Origin: Squalus acanthias | Taxonomy: Eukaryota | DNA length: 64,000 bases | Assembly: GCA_030390025.1 (NCBI GenBank) | Contig: CM059433.1 | Span: 5,394,001 to 5,458,000 of the forward strand | Direction: 5' to 3' | Shown: positions 10,506-22,767 of the stretch, piece after piece | Layout of the letters: each line of letters starts with the position of its first letter | Position numbering within the stretch: the stretch's first letter is position 1 | Program-made: the position numbers and the translations under genes | Notes under the pieces: model-generated | Seen by the model: the letters and a program-made list of their open reading frames with translations, nothing else | The model's database searches: none | What the model was told of the DNA's origin: nothing

Positions 10506-10925
10506 AAAGAAAGAAAGACTTGCATTTATATAGCACCTTTCACGACCACCGGATGTCCCAAAGCGCTTTACAGCCAATGAAGTACTTTTGAAGTGTGGTC
10601 ACTGTCGTAATGTGGGAAACGCGGCAGCCAATTTGCGCACAGCAAGCTCCCACAAACAGCAATGTGATGATGACCAGAGAATCTGTTTTTTTGTTATGTT
10701 GATTGAGGGAGAAATATTGGCCCCAGGACATCGGGGAGAACTCCCCCCTGCTCTTCTTCAAAATAGTGCCCATGGGATCTTTTACGCCCACCGGAGAGAG
10801 CAGACGGGGCCTCGGTTTAGCGTCTCATCCAAAAGACGGCACCTCCAACAGTGCAGCACTCCCTCAGCACTGCACTGGGAGAGTGTCAGCCTAGATTTAT
10901 GTGCTCAAGTCCCTGGAGTGGGATG
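10506..10925 (-). mobile_element. Deu-domain SINE (SacSINE1/AmnSINE-like) with L2-type tail
   Basis: Reverse complement carries GCTGTTTGTGGGAGCTTGCTGTGCGCAAATTGGCTGCCGCG... and tail CTATATAAATGCAAGTCTTTCTTT. A partial tail copy lies at ~30399-30505. Confidence 0.75.
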
Positions 10926-11607
10926 GATGCCATACAATAAGCAACATGACAACTGTTTCAATAACTCAATACCATATCTCATAATTAGGATGACATGTTT
11001 GATGGCAAACTGCAAAGGATTTTTGTTTCAGATCATGTGCACATGTTTCTGGATGACAGCAGCAATGGACTTCACCCACAGAAGTATCTCTTGGCCTCTA
11101 TATTACTCTCGCTGTGAATATAAAGAGTACAGGAACCGTTGGGTTCCCATGCATCTTAGCAATCCCGTTAATTGTCATGGGAAGCTGAATATCTCAAGTT
11201 AAATCATTAAAGTGTTTGACACAAGTCTGAAATGCTTCAGGCAGATATTTTTCATACATTTGAGCAGATTTTAGAAAACATCCTCAAAGCAGGAGCCTTC
11301 TTCCAGAAACATCACTAACAGAACCAACAGTCAAGTATAACTAGGGAATGTGATTTGGTGAGGCACAACATCCTGCAACAAATCTCACACATTTCTACAC
11401 TTATTAGGTCCAATTTTAACCCCCGCCACCCCCCTCCCCCCCCGCCCCCCCCGCCCACACCTGATGATAATGGGGTGAGTGCCATGGGGTCCACGGCCCA
11501 TTTGTGCCCTGCACAATTTTAACAGGTGCATTTTGGGCAGCGTCCTAGGCTCTTGCCCCAGACAGATGAGGGCCTTATTGACATGTAAAAGTCAGGGTCT
11601 GATGACA

Positions 11608-12125
11608 TAAGGAGTGTGATGGAATACTCTCCACTTGCCTGGATGAGTGCAGCTCCAACAACACTCAAGAAGCTCGACACCATCCAGGACAAAGCAGCCC
11701 GCTTGATTGTCACCCCATCCACCACCTTAAACATTCACTCCCTCCATCACCGGCGCACCGTGGCTGCAGTGTGCACCATCTACAAGAAGCACTGCAGCAA
11801 CTCGCCAAGGCTTCTTCGGCAGCACCTCCCAAACCTGCGACCTCTTCCACCTAGAAGGATAAGGACAGCAGGCGCATGGGAACACCACCACCTCCAAGTT
11901 CCCCTCCAAGTCACACATCATCCTGACTTGGAAATATATCGCCGATCCTTCATCGTCGCTGGGTCAAAATCCTGGAACTCCGTCCCTAACAGCACTGTGG
12001 GAGCACCTTCACCACATGGACTGCAGCGGTTCAAGAAGGCGGCTCACCACCACCTTCACAAGGGCAATTAGGGATGGACAATAAATGCTGGCCTTGCCAG
12101 CGACGCCCAAATCCTATGAATGAAC
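11608..12125 (+). mobile_element. 3' fragment of the LINE family seen at 22768-26823
   Basis: MEYSPLAWMSAAPTTLKKLDTIQDKAARL peptide and shared 3' tail AAGGGCAATTAGGGATGG..AATAAATGCTGGCC. Confidence 0.9.
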
Positions 12126-12147
12126 ACTGCTTTTTCATATAGTTAAT

Positions 12148-12550
12148 CATAGAATCATAGAAATTTACAGCACAGAAGGAGGCCATTCGGCCCATCTTGT
12201 CCATGCCGGCCGACAAAGAGCTATCCAGCCTAATCCCACTTTCCAGCTCTTGGTCCGTAGCCTTGTAGGTTACGGCACTCCAAGTGCATATCCAAGTACT
12301 TTTAAAAGTGATGAGGGTTTCTGCCTCTACCACCCTTTCAGGCAGTGAGTTCCAGACCCCCACCACCCTCTGCGTGAAAAAATTTCTCCTCAAACCCCCT
12401 CTAAACCTCCGACCAATTACTTTAAATCAATGCCCCCTGGTTATTGACCCCTCTGCTAAGGGAAATAGGTCCTTCCTATCCACTCTATCTAAGCCCCTCA
12501 TAATTTTATACACCTCAATTAGGTCTCCCCTCAGCCTCTTCTGTTCCAAA
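12148..12550 (-). mobile_element. CR1 LINE 3' fragment
   Basis: EQKRLRGDLIEVYKIM and RRNFFTQRVVGVWNSLP peptides; (ATAGAATC)n tail. Confidence 0.9.
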
Positions 12551-13326
12551 GTAGAACATTTGTAGAAATTATACTGAGGTTCTCCAACAGTTGGAAGAAA
12601 ATCAAGACAGTTATACAATATAAAAAGATACCTGTGTCAAATGTTGCAAAAAGTGATTCACTGATACAATAACAAAAATGGCACATTTATTTCACCAATA
12701 ATAGCAGTTATGAGGTCTATCATTTGAATAAATGTTACTCTGAGTGCTCTTTTCCTGGCTAATCTCTTTCTAATCTACAATTTTGTGACATTGTTTCTAA
12801 TTGCAAATAAAAATGTTGGTGCTTAGGGAAGAAAGATGTGCAGTGAGGCTTTACGTCTACCTGTTTAACATTCTGTGAATCTTCCCTCTGCTAATCTTGT
12901 TGCCGCAGTCAGGCTCAATAAATATTTCATTTAAAAAAACTTCCATAGAAATCTGACTGGAAGATGTCTGACCTTCAGAAACCGGTTGTGTATCCTGGCT
13001 TTTTATTAACAAGAACAAGCAGATTGTTTGGTTAACATCTGAAGTTGATTGATAGAACTGAAGAGACCTTGTGTGAGGTTAGGTGCTGTGGTCTATTAAA
13101 TATTCCTTAACATTGGAACACCAACTCATTGTAATTAGAGAGGAGGGATACGCATGATAACTGTGGAAAACAAATAGCTTGCAATCAGACAGCTTCAGCC
13201 CGCTCTGGAAAATCTAAAAAGAAATTATCTTGAAAGGTTAGCTTGAATGTTTGGAACATAGGAATATCGTAAACCTTTTCTATGAAGTATCTCTCTGAAT
13301 CATACAATGAAGTGCAAGTTACCAGG

Positions 13327-13978
13327 GAACTTAACTGGACCAGCCACATAAATACTGTGGCTACAAGAGCAGGTCAGAGGCTGGGTATTCTGCGGTGAGT
13401 GTCTCACCTCCTGACTCCCCAAAGCCTTTCCACCATCTACAAGGCACAAGTAAGGAGTGTGATGGAATACTCTCCACTTGCCTGGATGAGTGCAGCTCCA
13501 ACAACGCTCAAGAAGCTCGACACCATCCAGGACAAAGCAGCCCGCTTGTTTGGCACCCCGTCCACCACCTTAAACATTCACTCCCTCCACCACCGGCGCA
13601 CCGTGGCTGCAGTGTGTACCATCTACAAGATGCACTGCAACAACTCGGCAAGGCTTCTTCGGCAGCACCTCCCAAACCCGCGACCTCTTCCACCTAGAAG
13701 GACAAGGGCAGCAGGTGCATGGGAACACCACCACCTCCAAGTTCTCCTCCAAGTCACACACCATCCTGACTTAGAAGTATATCGGCCGATCCTTCATCGT
13801 CGCTGGGTCAAAATCCAGGAACTCCCTCCCAAACAGCACTGTGGGAGTACCTTCACCACACGGACTGCAGCGGTTCAAGAAGGTGGCTCACCACCACCTT
13901 CTCAAGGGCAATTAGGGATGGGAAATAAATGCTGGCCTTGCCAGCAATGCCCACATCCCAGGAACAAATAAAAAAAAA
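13327..13978 (+). mobile_element. 3' fragment of the 22768-26823 LINE family
   Basis: ORF 13399..13971 has the same RT C-terminus; poly-A tail. Confidence 0.9.
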
Positions 13979-14795
13979 GGAGGTGTAATACGATTTGTCT
14001 ATTAAGAAGTAAGCCACAAGCAATGTGTATCAGAGGTCTGAATATATTACAGAATCGGTGAGTGGGGGAAAGAGGGCAAATCTTCTCCCAGCCCCCACCC
14101 CATCTAAGGGGCGTGTCTGAGGGAGTGCTCAGGCTACCCTGGGAATTTCACCCAGTATACCCTCAGCGCAACTCACAGCAGCTAACAGTCCCGATGAGGC
14201 CCCAGGTAAATGTCATCAGGAATAGGGCATCGATCTCAATAGCTTCTTCGGAGCTGAAGATTGAATTCCTACCTTTTTATTGGACCCTTCTTTATGCTGT
14301 CAGAGCAGCATAGTGATGCTCCAACACTGCTGCCGGTGGGTCAAGATGGAGCGTTCTGTTTTTACAGGCACGGGCATGATTCTATGATAATTACTGACTT
14401 AACATCAGGGACCGCTATCGCAATGTTTAGCTAAGAAACATGGAACTGCTTATTTGTTGTTACACTGATAACATCATAAATCATGTGGTACAGAGAGCAC
14501 CATCCATTTAAAAAACTAATAACTAACACTTTGCAAATTCAATTTAACTTCCTGGAATTGGCAGAACATACAGAGAGGCCCATGTGTCGATGTGCAGCCC
14601 ATAATGGGTGTGATCACGTGAATAAGCATCATGCAGATACTGTAATAAAAACAGAAAATGCTAGAAATACTCGGCAGGTCAGGCAGCATCTGTGGAGAGA
14701 GAAACAGAGTTAACGTTTCAGGTCGATGACCTTTTGTCAGAATGGTCATCGACTTGAACGTGGCTTTTGACGAAAGATCATTGACCTGAAACATC

Positions 14796-15150
14796 GGGCT
14801 GGATTTTGATACTGGGGCGGGTTGGGGTCGTGTCATCCACTTTGCGTGTTATCCACCCGACTGCAATTGGATGTGGGAGATTGATGCGATTTTTCACCTA
14901 ATTGGGCAATTAAGTTCCAGCATGTGGGAACCCATGACCCAATTAGTGTTTTCAGTCTGAAAGTCGTCTCTGATGATGTCATCATTGCTGCTGCATTGAA
15001 GGTCTGCAAAGACTGCCTGCCCTTTGCTGTGAGAGGACCTGAAGGCAAAATGAGCAGCAGCAGCCCTAAGTCTGCGCCCAGATATTTTTGCACCACCACC
15101 ACTCCCAGATATTCTTCCTCCTCCTCCTCCTCCTCCTCCTCCTCCTCCTC

Positions 15151-15193
<43 letters not shown>

Positions 15194-15536
15194 AACATCA
15201 TCTCCATTGTAATAGTGGACCTGCAGCTGATAGTCAGCTATCCAAATGTGCTCCCGCCAGGTTTCACATTCGCGGTTCAGAACAGACGTGCTTCACGTAG
15301 AAAAAGGGTTAAAATCACAAAGGCCTTTCAAAATGGCATTATAGAGGTAATTTAGTGCTTGTTAAGGGCCTTAACAGCCAATCCCGCCTCTTGGAGTCGG
15401 GACCAGCAGACACGATTTAATGAAAATTGCGTGGAGGCGGGATGGAGGCAGGCTTGTGCCCGCCCGCCAGTTTTTGCAATTTTAGCCCCCCACATGCCTC
15501 CAAACCCACCTCCATGGGTCAATGAAAATCCAGCCC
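14796..15536. mobile_element. Harbinger-type MITE containing a (CCT)n(ACT)n microsatellite
   Basis: TIRs GGGCTGGATTTT / AAAATCCAGCCC; inverted homolog at 38041-38701. Confidence 0.85.
15114..15195 (+). repeat. Compound trinucleotide microsatellite (CCT)n(ACT)n
   Basis: Seen directly; explains the poly-S/poly-Y/poly-L ORFs in the track. Confidence 0.95.
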
Positions 15537-16021
15537 ATTAACTCTGTTTCTCTCCACAGATGCTGCCTGACCTGCTGAGTATTTCCAACATTTTCTGTTT
15601 TTATTTCGGATTTCCAGCATCCGCGGTATTTTGCTTTTGTATGCAGATACTGTAGGTGGAAGTATTTAATGGGAGAAAATAATTTAAGGATACGAGGGAA
15701 GGTTGCTACTGTGTCCTCTGCTGCATAATGGGTATTTTTAGGAAACAGTGAAAGTATTGCTGGGTTCAGTGGGTGGAGGAGGGTGGAGAGGTAACTGTTG
15801 GTGCCATTCATGATTATTACACAGTATTAATGTAATGTTATGTTGGGGTCTTCTACCTTAGGGGATTTGGTAAGGTCATTCATTTTTTTTCCCTGGCATG
15901 CAGCGAAGTCCACCGCATGGTGCAGTGGACACCGAATTTTGTGGTCATCTCCTTCAGGGACCCAGAGCCGCTTGTCCGTCCAAAACAGCGTCTCCCTGCT
16001 TTGCCACACTTACTCCAGTAA

Positions 16022-17673
16022 TGTAGAGTTTCGCAATTATCGCGATTCAAAATAACATGAGAGAAGCAGATTCAATTGATCAGTTTTATTAAACGAAATG
16101 CTGTCCTGATAATAAAGGACACAGAAGCCTGTAAAATGGCCGCCGCGCATCGTGGCAGAAGCTTCCAGAAACACAGTGGGCAGACAAGATGGCGTCGAAT
16201 ATACATTCAATATGAGATTGGATCATACTCGGTAAACATTGATAAAGACAGGATGCAACCCGTTTTCATTGTGAACAATAGCAATGATATAAGTGCTGGA
16301 ATCATTTTCCTATGCACAGTAAGGATCATTGTACTGGGCAATCGAAGGCCCATCCAGACACATCAATACACAAATACCCCCCCGGCTCTACAATGAGAGA
16401 GACATTGACGGGTGATTAAGCCAGTATTCGGGGGGCCCCAAAACCAGTCAGGGAGACGATTCATACACATCCTGGCTGGTTTCAACAATGGGGAAAACAT
16501 TAACGGATAGTTGGCCAGTTTCAGGTGCCACCGAAACCCGTTAAAGAAGATAATCGCCCCATGCTGGGAGTTTTGAGCGCCAATATTACACAAAGGACAA
16601 ACATTAAGATTTGAGCGGGAGATAAGCGGACACAGCACTATAACTATAGAGAACAAATGTCCATCGGTCTCTTATTCCTCTTATCTCTCGGCGGACCCTT
16701 GCTGAAGTTTTTTTCCTTGGGGCTGGACTTTGTGTTTCTCTGGACTTTGTTGACTCTTGACTCTTAGCCGTACTGGTCGGTTATTCGAGTGTTGGGTGGA
16801 GCTCAATCGGTACGAGCCGCCCCGACAAGGGCAAGTAACAGGGTACACCATCCCAAGTGTCGGTAAACGGTGTCTGGACCCGGAGGCCCGAGGAGACGAG
16901 ACGAGAAGAAGACGAGAAGAAGACGAGAAGAAATTCCACGTGCCGCCACGGTCAGTAAACCCCGACCGCGCCCGAAAATATAAATACAGGACTCTTCTTT
17001 GAGTTCTACAGACTACAACCTGTACCGCACACAGGAAGACTCTTCTTTGAATTTTACAAACGTTCCGAGTTCTGTCGATTTCTTCATGACAACAGAGAGT
17101 CTGGCCTGCTTTTCGCAGCAGCGAAAGTAAACAAGTGGGGTACAGAGACCCTTCCAAACACGTGACAGTCAGGCGCTGCAGCGAAACGAGCTGAGTGCCT
17201 CACTTTAAAAATCTCCGAAGTAACACGAGTGGTGAGCATGTTTTCCGATCCTACAAATCCAGATGTAGTTTAGGTATTGTTAAGGGAGGGTGGTTTTTAT
17301 AAGGTTAAGGTATAATGTGTTCCCCTTTTTACGATGTGCCGTGTGTTCTCCATTTCCATAGACCAAGCTTTATGAATGTATGTATACTTGTACTATCTTT
17401 GATTTGCGCCTATGACATGTATTTCATGATTCTAGACGCCATGCAATAAAGATTTCCATTTCATACTATTCAACCGGGTCTATTTGAGTTTTCTCTGCAT
17501 TACTGCTCCCTGCATCTAAGTCCAGGTGTTAGAACCGTAAGGGCGAGTGGGTCGAACCACTCACAAGTGCTTATTGCAAAAAGGCTGGTCGGAGACCAGA
17601 GCAAGCAATAGTATAGGCAACGAAGGCCTAACCTCGCACCAGCACCGTCTGAGCACCGTTTGAACCCCTTACA
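16022..17673 (+). mobile_element. Solo LTR, diverged subfamily of the provirus LTR
   Basis: TGTAGAG...CCCCTTACA, flanked by GTAA on both sides. Shares blocks AAAATGGCCGCC, CAAGATGGCGT, CCACGGTCAGTAA, GCAATAAA and GAGTGGGTCGAACCACTC with the other LTRs. Confidence 0.9.
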
Positions 17674-18351
17674 GTAAGACCCTCTATAACTACATCCAAA
17701 ACTCCTGCGGCCACAAGTGCTTGATGAAGTCATCCGTTATTCATTCAATTCTGTGGATTGTTATTTGCCATTAGAAACAGCAATGCCCCTTTAAAATGGG
17801 CGAACTCTCAATGAGGGGAATTACTCGCACTGTGAGAGCTTGCCCACAGAATGTTCATTAGGCTGAGGCTGCAAATAGAGGCGGGCCCATCACATGAGCG
17901 GCAGGGAAGATGCTAATAGCACACCGCCCGCCGGCCCTGGCCGAAGTTCAGGGTTCACGTATGGAGGTGGAAATGTGTCCATTTTTTTTGCTGCTGTTCA
18001 TTTGAATGGGACAAATAAAATTTAGTGGTTCAACACTGAAAGTAGGTCTTGCAACTAGCTCGGTTATAAGGCAAATTTTTAACTTCAGCATTCCTGGCAC
18101 GAAGCTGGAACACCTGGAGTACATGTCAGGAATTTGGCCTGCGACTCGCAACATTTTCTGCCCATTAAAGTGAATAGATGGAAAACTGTGGGGGGGTGTG
18201 AGTCTGAATTCCCACCATGCACTCTAGGCACACAAAGCTCTCTGACAGGAACACTAAGGATGAACATTTACCCACTGGCGTGTTGTGTGCTGAACTTGGG
18301 AAATCATTAGCGGCTATTCTGATTGTAATTGATTTGTTAGACCCTTGAGAT

Positions 18352-18778
18352 TTTTTTTCATTTGTTTATGGGATGTAGGGGTCGCTGGCAAGGCCGGCAT
18401 TTATTGCCCATCCCTAATTGCCCTTGAGAAGGTGGTGGTGAGCCGCCTTCTTGAACCGCTGCAGTCCATGTAGTGAAGGTACTCCCACAGTGCTGTTAGG
18501 GAGGGAGTTCCAGGATTTTGACCCAGCGACAATGAAGGAACGGCCGATATACTTCCAAGTCAGGATGGTGTGTGTGACTTGAAGGGGAACTTGGAGGTGG
18601 TGGTGTTCCATGCACCTGCTGCCCTTGTCCTTCTAGGTGGTAGAGGTCATGGGTTTGGGAGGTGTTGAGAAAGAAGCCTTGGCAAGTTGCTGCAGTGCAT
18701 CTTATAGATGGTACACACTGCAGCCACGGTACGCCGGTGGTGGAGGGAGTGAATGTTTAAAGTGGTGGATGGGGTGCC
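18352..18778 (-). mobile_element. 3' fragment of the 22768-26823 LINE family
   Basis: Same RT C-terminal peptide and tail, reverse strand. Confidence 0.88.
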
Positions 18779-18919
18779 AAGATAAAGCTCATAAAGGACG
18801 TTGTAGGTGATTTTACCTCCAAAATCTAGCAACACATGTGAATCAATAAGGGCTCCCTGAGCGCACTTGCGTGTACGATACTCCTGCTTGTACATGCGAT
18901 TATATTCCAGAAAGTCACT

Positions 18920-19684
18920 GGCCTAGAAATTCCGTTCCCTACGGGTGTGTACGCGCTGTGTACTCACCCATAGGGCTAACGGAAGTGCCGGTTTTACGCA
19001 TGCACTGCGCATGCGCTGGAAACCGGCACTTCCGTTCTCTGCAGAAAGGGCTTGACTGGACAAACGCCTGCGCCGGATAGGCAGCGCGTACGTTAGAAAC
19101 TTCCGGTTTTTTCCACACTGGCTTGAGTCCAGGTAAGTCGGGAACAGCTGCACCTAGAAAAGCAGGCGCAAGGCCTGCTTTTACCAGGCTAATAGTCTAA
19201 GAAAGTAAAAACAAAAAAAAAAATGTTTTTCCACTGATTTATCATTTTAAAATACTTTAAAGAAAGGTTAGTTTATTTTTAGCCCCGTTAAAAACTTTAA
19301 TTATTTTTTTTAAAATTTAAATTTTTGTTTAAAATAGTTAATTTATGTAATTTATAGTCATTTTAAAAATGTGATTTAAAAAAAAAAATTATTTGAAGTT
19401 TTACTATGTTTTGGGGCTGATCTCTATTCATAGATTTGACAGGTCTTCCTGTCAAATGTATGAAGGGAGATTCCCTTCTCTGATTGGCTCCCCATGGCCC
19501 ACGTGATCCCAGGGACGCTGCGAACTAGCTGCACCTCTGGGATACGTGGGCCCTGCGCACCGGCAGTTTGAAGAGGCCGAGCAAGGGAATTCTGCGCCTC
19601 CCGGGAGCCCTCCGGTCCAGGCGCAGATTTTTCCGAATCGCAGCCCTCCGCCCGCGGGAGGCCTGCGAACGGAATTTCTGGGCC
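18920..19684. mobile_element. TIR-bounded MITE (probably Harbinger-type)
   Basis: TIRs GGCCTAGAAATTCCGTTC / GAACGGAATTTCTGGGCC with an AT-rich core; relative at ~59562-61222. Confidence 0.8.
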
Positions 19685-19972
19685 ATTATCTCAATGCACT
19701 ACCTGTACATGGAACTAACAAATGGGAAGTCTTTGCCCAGCTGATACAAAAGGCTACAAGGATACAAAAATACACTGCTTTTGCATTTTAACGAGTATAA
19801 AAATGTTAAGAAAAAATAAAATTGCAAACAGTAAAATTTTATTTCTGATGCTAAATAAGTTAAGATAAAACAAAACAAAATAAAATAATTAGTTGAAAGC
19901 AGACTCCCAGTATTTTCAAAATAACTTGCAGTTAAACAATGCTTTTAACATAGCAAAATGTCCCAAGGTGAT

Positions 19973-20190
19973 TGACGTAAGAAAACTACTAGGCACTTGG
20001 TCTAAGCGTTAAACAAAGCTTTAATCAACTGTTTTTCAACATGGAGATCTAGTTGTGTCCTGCACTAGTTCCTGTTGAGGAATGTCCTAAGCAAGCTGGG
20101 CCCATGCCCGAGTATTTATACTCTCCCTGGACAGCGCCACCAGCTGGCCGCCCAGTATTACTTCATACATGAATGACAAGATTCATGTCA
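19973..20190 (-). mobile_element. 218-bp solo LTR
   Basis: TGACATGAA...TTACGTCA with flanks GTGAT/GTGTT. Near-identical to 57829-58046. Contains GTATAAATA and ATTAAA. Confidence 0.8.
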
Positions 20191-20276
20191 GTGTTCACGA
20201 CCTTGGGTTGGAAGGACGAAAACAGATGCTGAGTGGGAACTGAGAAGAAATCTATGGGAAGTGAAGAAAGCTGCAG

Positions 20277-20820
20277 GTGACCGCTTTGTGGAACACCTCC
20301 GTTCAGTCCGTAAGGGTGACCCCGAGCTTCCGGTCGCCTGTCACTTTAATTCACCGCTCCACTCCCACTCTGACCTCTCTGTCCTCGGCCTCTTATACTG
20401 TTCCAATGAAGCTCAACGTAAGCTCGAGGAACAGCACCTCATCTTTCGATTAGGCACTTTACAGCCTTCTGGACTCAACATTGAGTTCAACAATTTCAGA
20501 CTATAACCCCCCCATTTTTTCAGGCGGCAGCTGTTGATGATTCTGCCATCCCCATTTGCAACATTTTATCTCTCCTGAGTTCAATCCTAGCACAGATTGT
20601 GCCTACAGTTCCTTCCTCCCCTCACCCCCCCCTTTCCCTGCCTCTGAACCTGCTTAAAACCTGTTACATCTCCAACTTTTACCAGTTCTGACGAAGGGTC
20701 ACAGACCTGAAACGCTAACTCTGTTTCTCTCTCCACGGATGCTGCCTGGCCTGCTGAGTGTTTCCAGCATTTTCTGTTGTTATTTCAGATTTCCAGCATC
20801 CGCAGTATTTTGCTATTGTA
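20277..20820 (+). mobile_element. Penelope-like element 3' fragment (GIY-YIG C-terminus + 3' tail)
   Basis: RFVEHLRSVRK..PVACHFNS..RKLEEQHLIFRLGTLQPSGLNIEF peptide; hammerhead-like motif at 20684-20720. Confidence 0.85.
20684..20720 (+). ncRNA. Minimal hammerhead ribozyme motif, probably mutated
   Basis: AGTT CTGACGA AGGGTC-ACA-GACCT GAAA CGCT AACT; the U expected before the cleavage site is C. Confidence 0.65.
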
Positions 20821-22767
20821 TTGTTGCAGTTGACAAGGTTGGTTTTGAAATGATTTTGAAGATGGGGAGAGAGGTAGCAAAGCATAAAGGCTGTGATCGC
20901 TGAAGACTGTGTCACTATTGGTGGAAGGCAGAGAGAGAGAGAGGAGGAGACTGCAGATGTTGGATAAGGTGAGGCAATGGAGGGATTTGTGAATGAGGAT
21001 GAGAGTTTTGAAGTCGGTGCACTGGAGGATGGGGAGCTAGTGGAGTAGAGATGAGTGGAGCGGTGATGGTGAGTGGCACTTAGTACAGGATAGGATTTGG
21101 GTGGCAGAGTTGTAGATGGGTTGGAGTCTGTGTATGGTGGAGACTCAGGAGGCTAGTGAGGAGAGCATTGGGAGAGTTGAGCCTGGAGATGACACAGATG
21201 TCGATGAGCGGTTCAGTGGTGGAGAGATGAAGCATAGATTTTATTGTCTGATGTTACAGACGTGGCATTAGGCAGTCGTGGTGATGGGTTGGAATGTGGG
21301 GTTTGGAGTTCAGCTCACGGCCAAACAGGACACCAAGGTTATGGGCCATTGGGTTCAACCCAAGTAAGCAGTTAAAACAGAGATGGAACCCAAGTTTCAT
21401 CTCTGGAACCTGTGATTGAGTATGATGGGATGCGTGATTACTTTGTCTTCTTGGTTGTAAATGTGAAATGAGTTTAGGCAGTTTCAACCCAGTAGGTAGT
21501 GAGATGGAGGTCTAAACCCACCACAAAAAATACTTATTAATCCAGCACAAATTGGCACTATGTTTTTAGTCTCATTGAGAGAGACCGAGGAGTTCTAGCT
21601 TTGAAAGTGTAAAGATTCATACAGTTTCTGTGGGCCTTCTGAGCTTAGGGTGTCACCCTGTCAGTGCAGATTACTAGGAACCTTTCCATCAATCTATATT
21701 TGACCAGGGAATGATTCATACAAACAGTGGGCGTTAAGTATGAAACTGCATTAGTTAAAGATGTTTGCATTTGCTTTAAACAGTGATCGCTCTTCAAAGA
21801 CCTGTTTTTCATTCAAGATGATTTAATTCGCAAGCATTTATCTTTTCCTTCTCCGACTGCAAGAACAGAGCTTTCTTTCAGCGTTGCTGTCCATTTTTGA
21901 TTCTAAAATAAATAACACGACTTTGTACATTTTTGACCTGTCCCAGAAAGCCAGCGAGTGGTCCCTCTTGCTCAAACTAATGCAACTCCCTGTAAACATT
22001 TTATAAATTCTGCCAACTTTCACAGTGCGCAGTGTTTCTACTGACTTGTAATGATGTCCCTCTTCAATTTGACTTTAACTAGGCCTCAGGAGCTAACAAC
22101 AAGACTTTCAACAGTCCGTTGACCGGATAGAGAGTGGCGTTATGCTTCATTCATTAGCTGTGGATTTGCTGAGTAAAAATGGTTATCTTCAGGATGATTA
22201 TCATTCACTCTGCGCTGCGATAAGTATCCCCGCAAATAAAATGGAACAAAGCAGAAATTCTCCTGTGTGATGTGATCACCGGTGGGCTATTCCTGCCTCA
22301 GAAGTGAAGCTATTCATCAGATCTATTTGTTGGTAATAATACATTCTACTTAAAACACTTGTATGTATTCAACTGAAAAAGAGGAATTTTAACAAATACT
22401 TTCATGGGTTTTGCAATCAGCTACAACCAGTTGAAACTCCTACGTGATGTGAAATTGCCATTATACCAGTGTAAATATGATTTTATGTCAATTTGTGTTT
22501 TTCTGCACGAATAAGACAAAAACAGTTCGAAAGCTAACTTAAGCGATAATAATTGTAAATAAATAAAAGTGTTATAAATAGACAGTGTCATGACCAGGAT
22601 TGAGACAAATCTCTCTTCCTTGGTTTATTTCACCCATACATATGCAACAAAACTACCTTTTCACCAAAATGGCAAAATGCACCATGATACATATACACAC
22701 CATGATATAATCATACAAATTCTCAAATTTCCATTCATATGAAAATGCCACAGACTATTTTCTGTGT

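Larger units (their letters stand above)
14645..15640. mobile_element. Inverted pair of Penelope-like 3' termini, interrupted by a MITE
   Basis: Inverted copies of GATGCTGCCTGACCTGC..AGTATTT..TTTTCTGTTTTTATT, flanked by 14-bp TSD ATGCAGATACTGTA (14631-14644, 15641-15654). Confidence 0.8.

Noticed and set aside
10588..11202. 204-aa ORF or exon after the TTTTGTTTCAG acceptor at ~11031
   Set aside because: The first half is the antisense of a Deu-SINE; the remainder has no recognisable domain or convincing donor.
14924..15355. Poly-Ser/Tyr and poly-Leu ORFs
   Set aside because: Translation of a trinucleotide microsatellite inside a MITE.
21838..22023. 61-aa minus-strand ORF in unique sequence
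   Set aside because: No recognisable homology or splice-site support.
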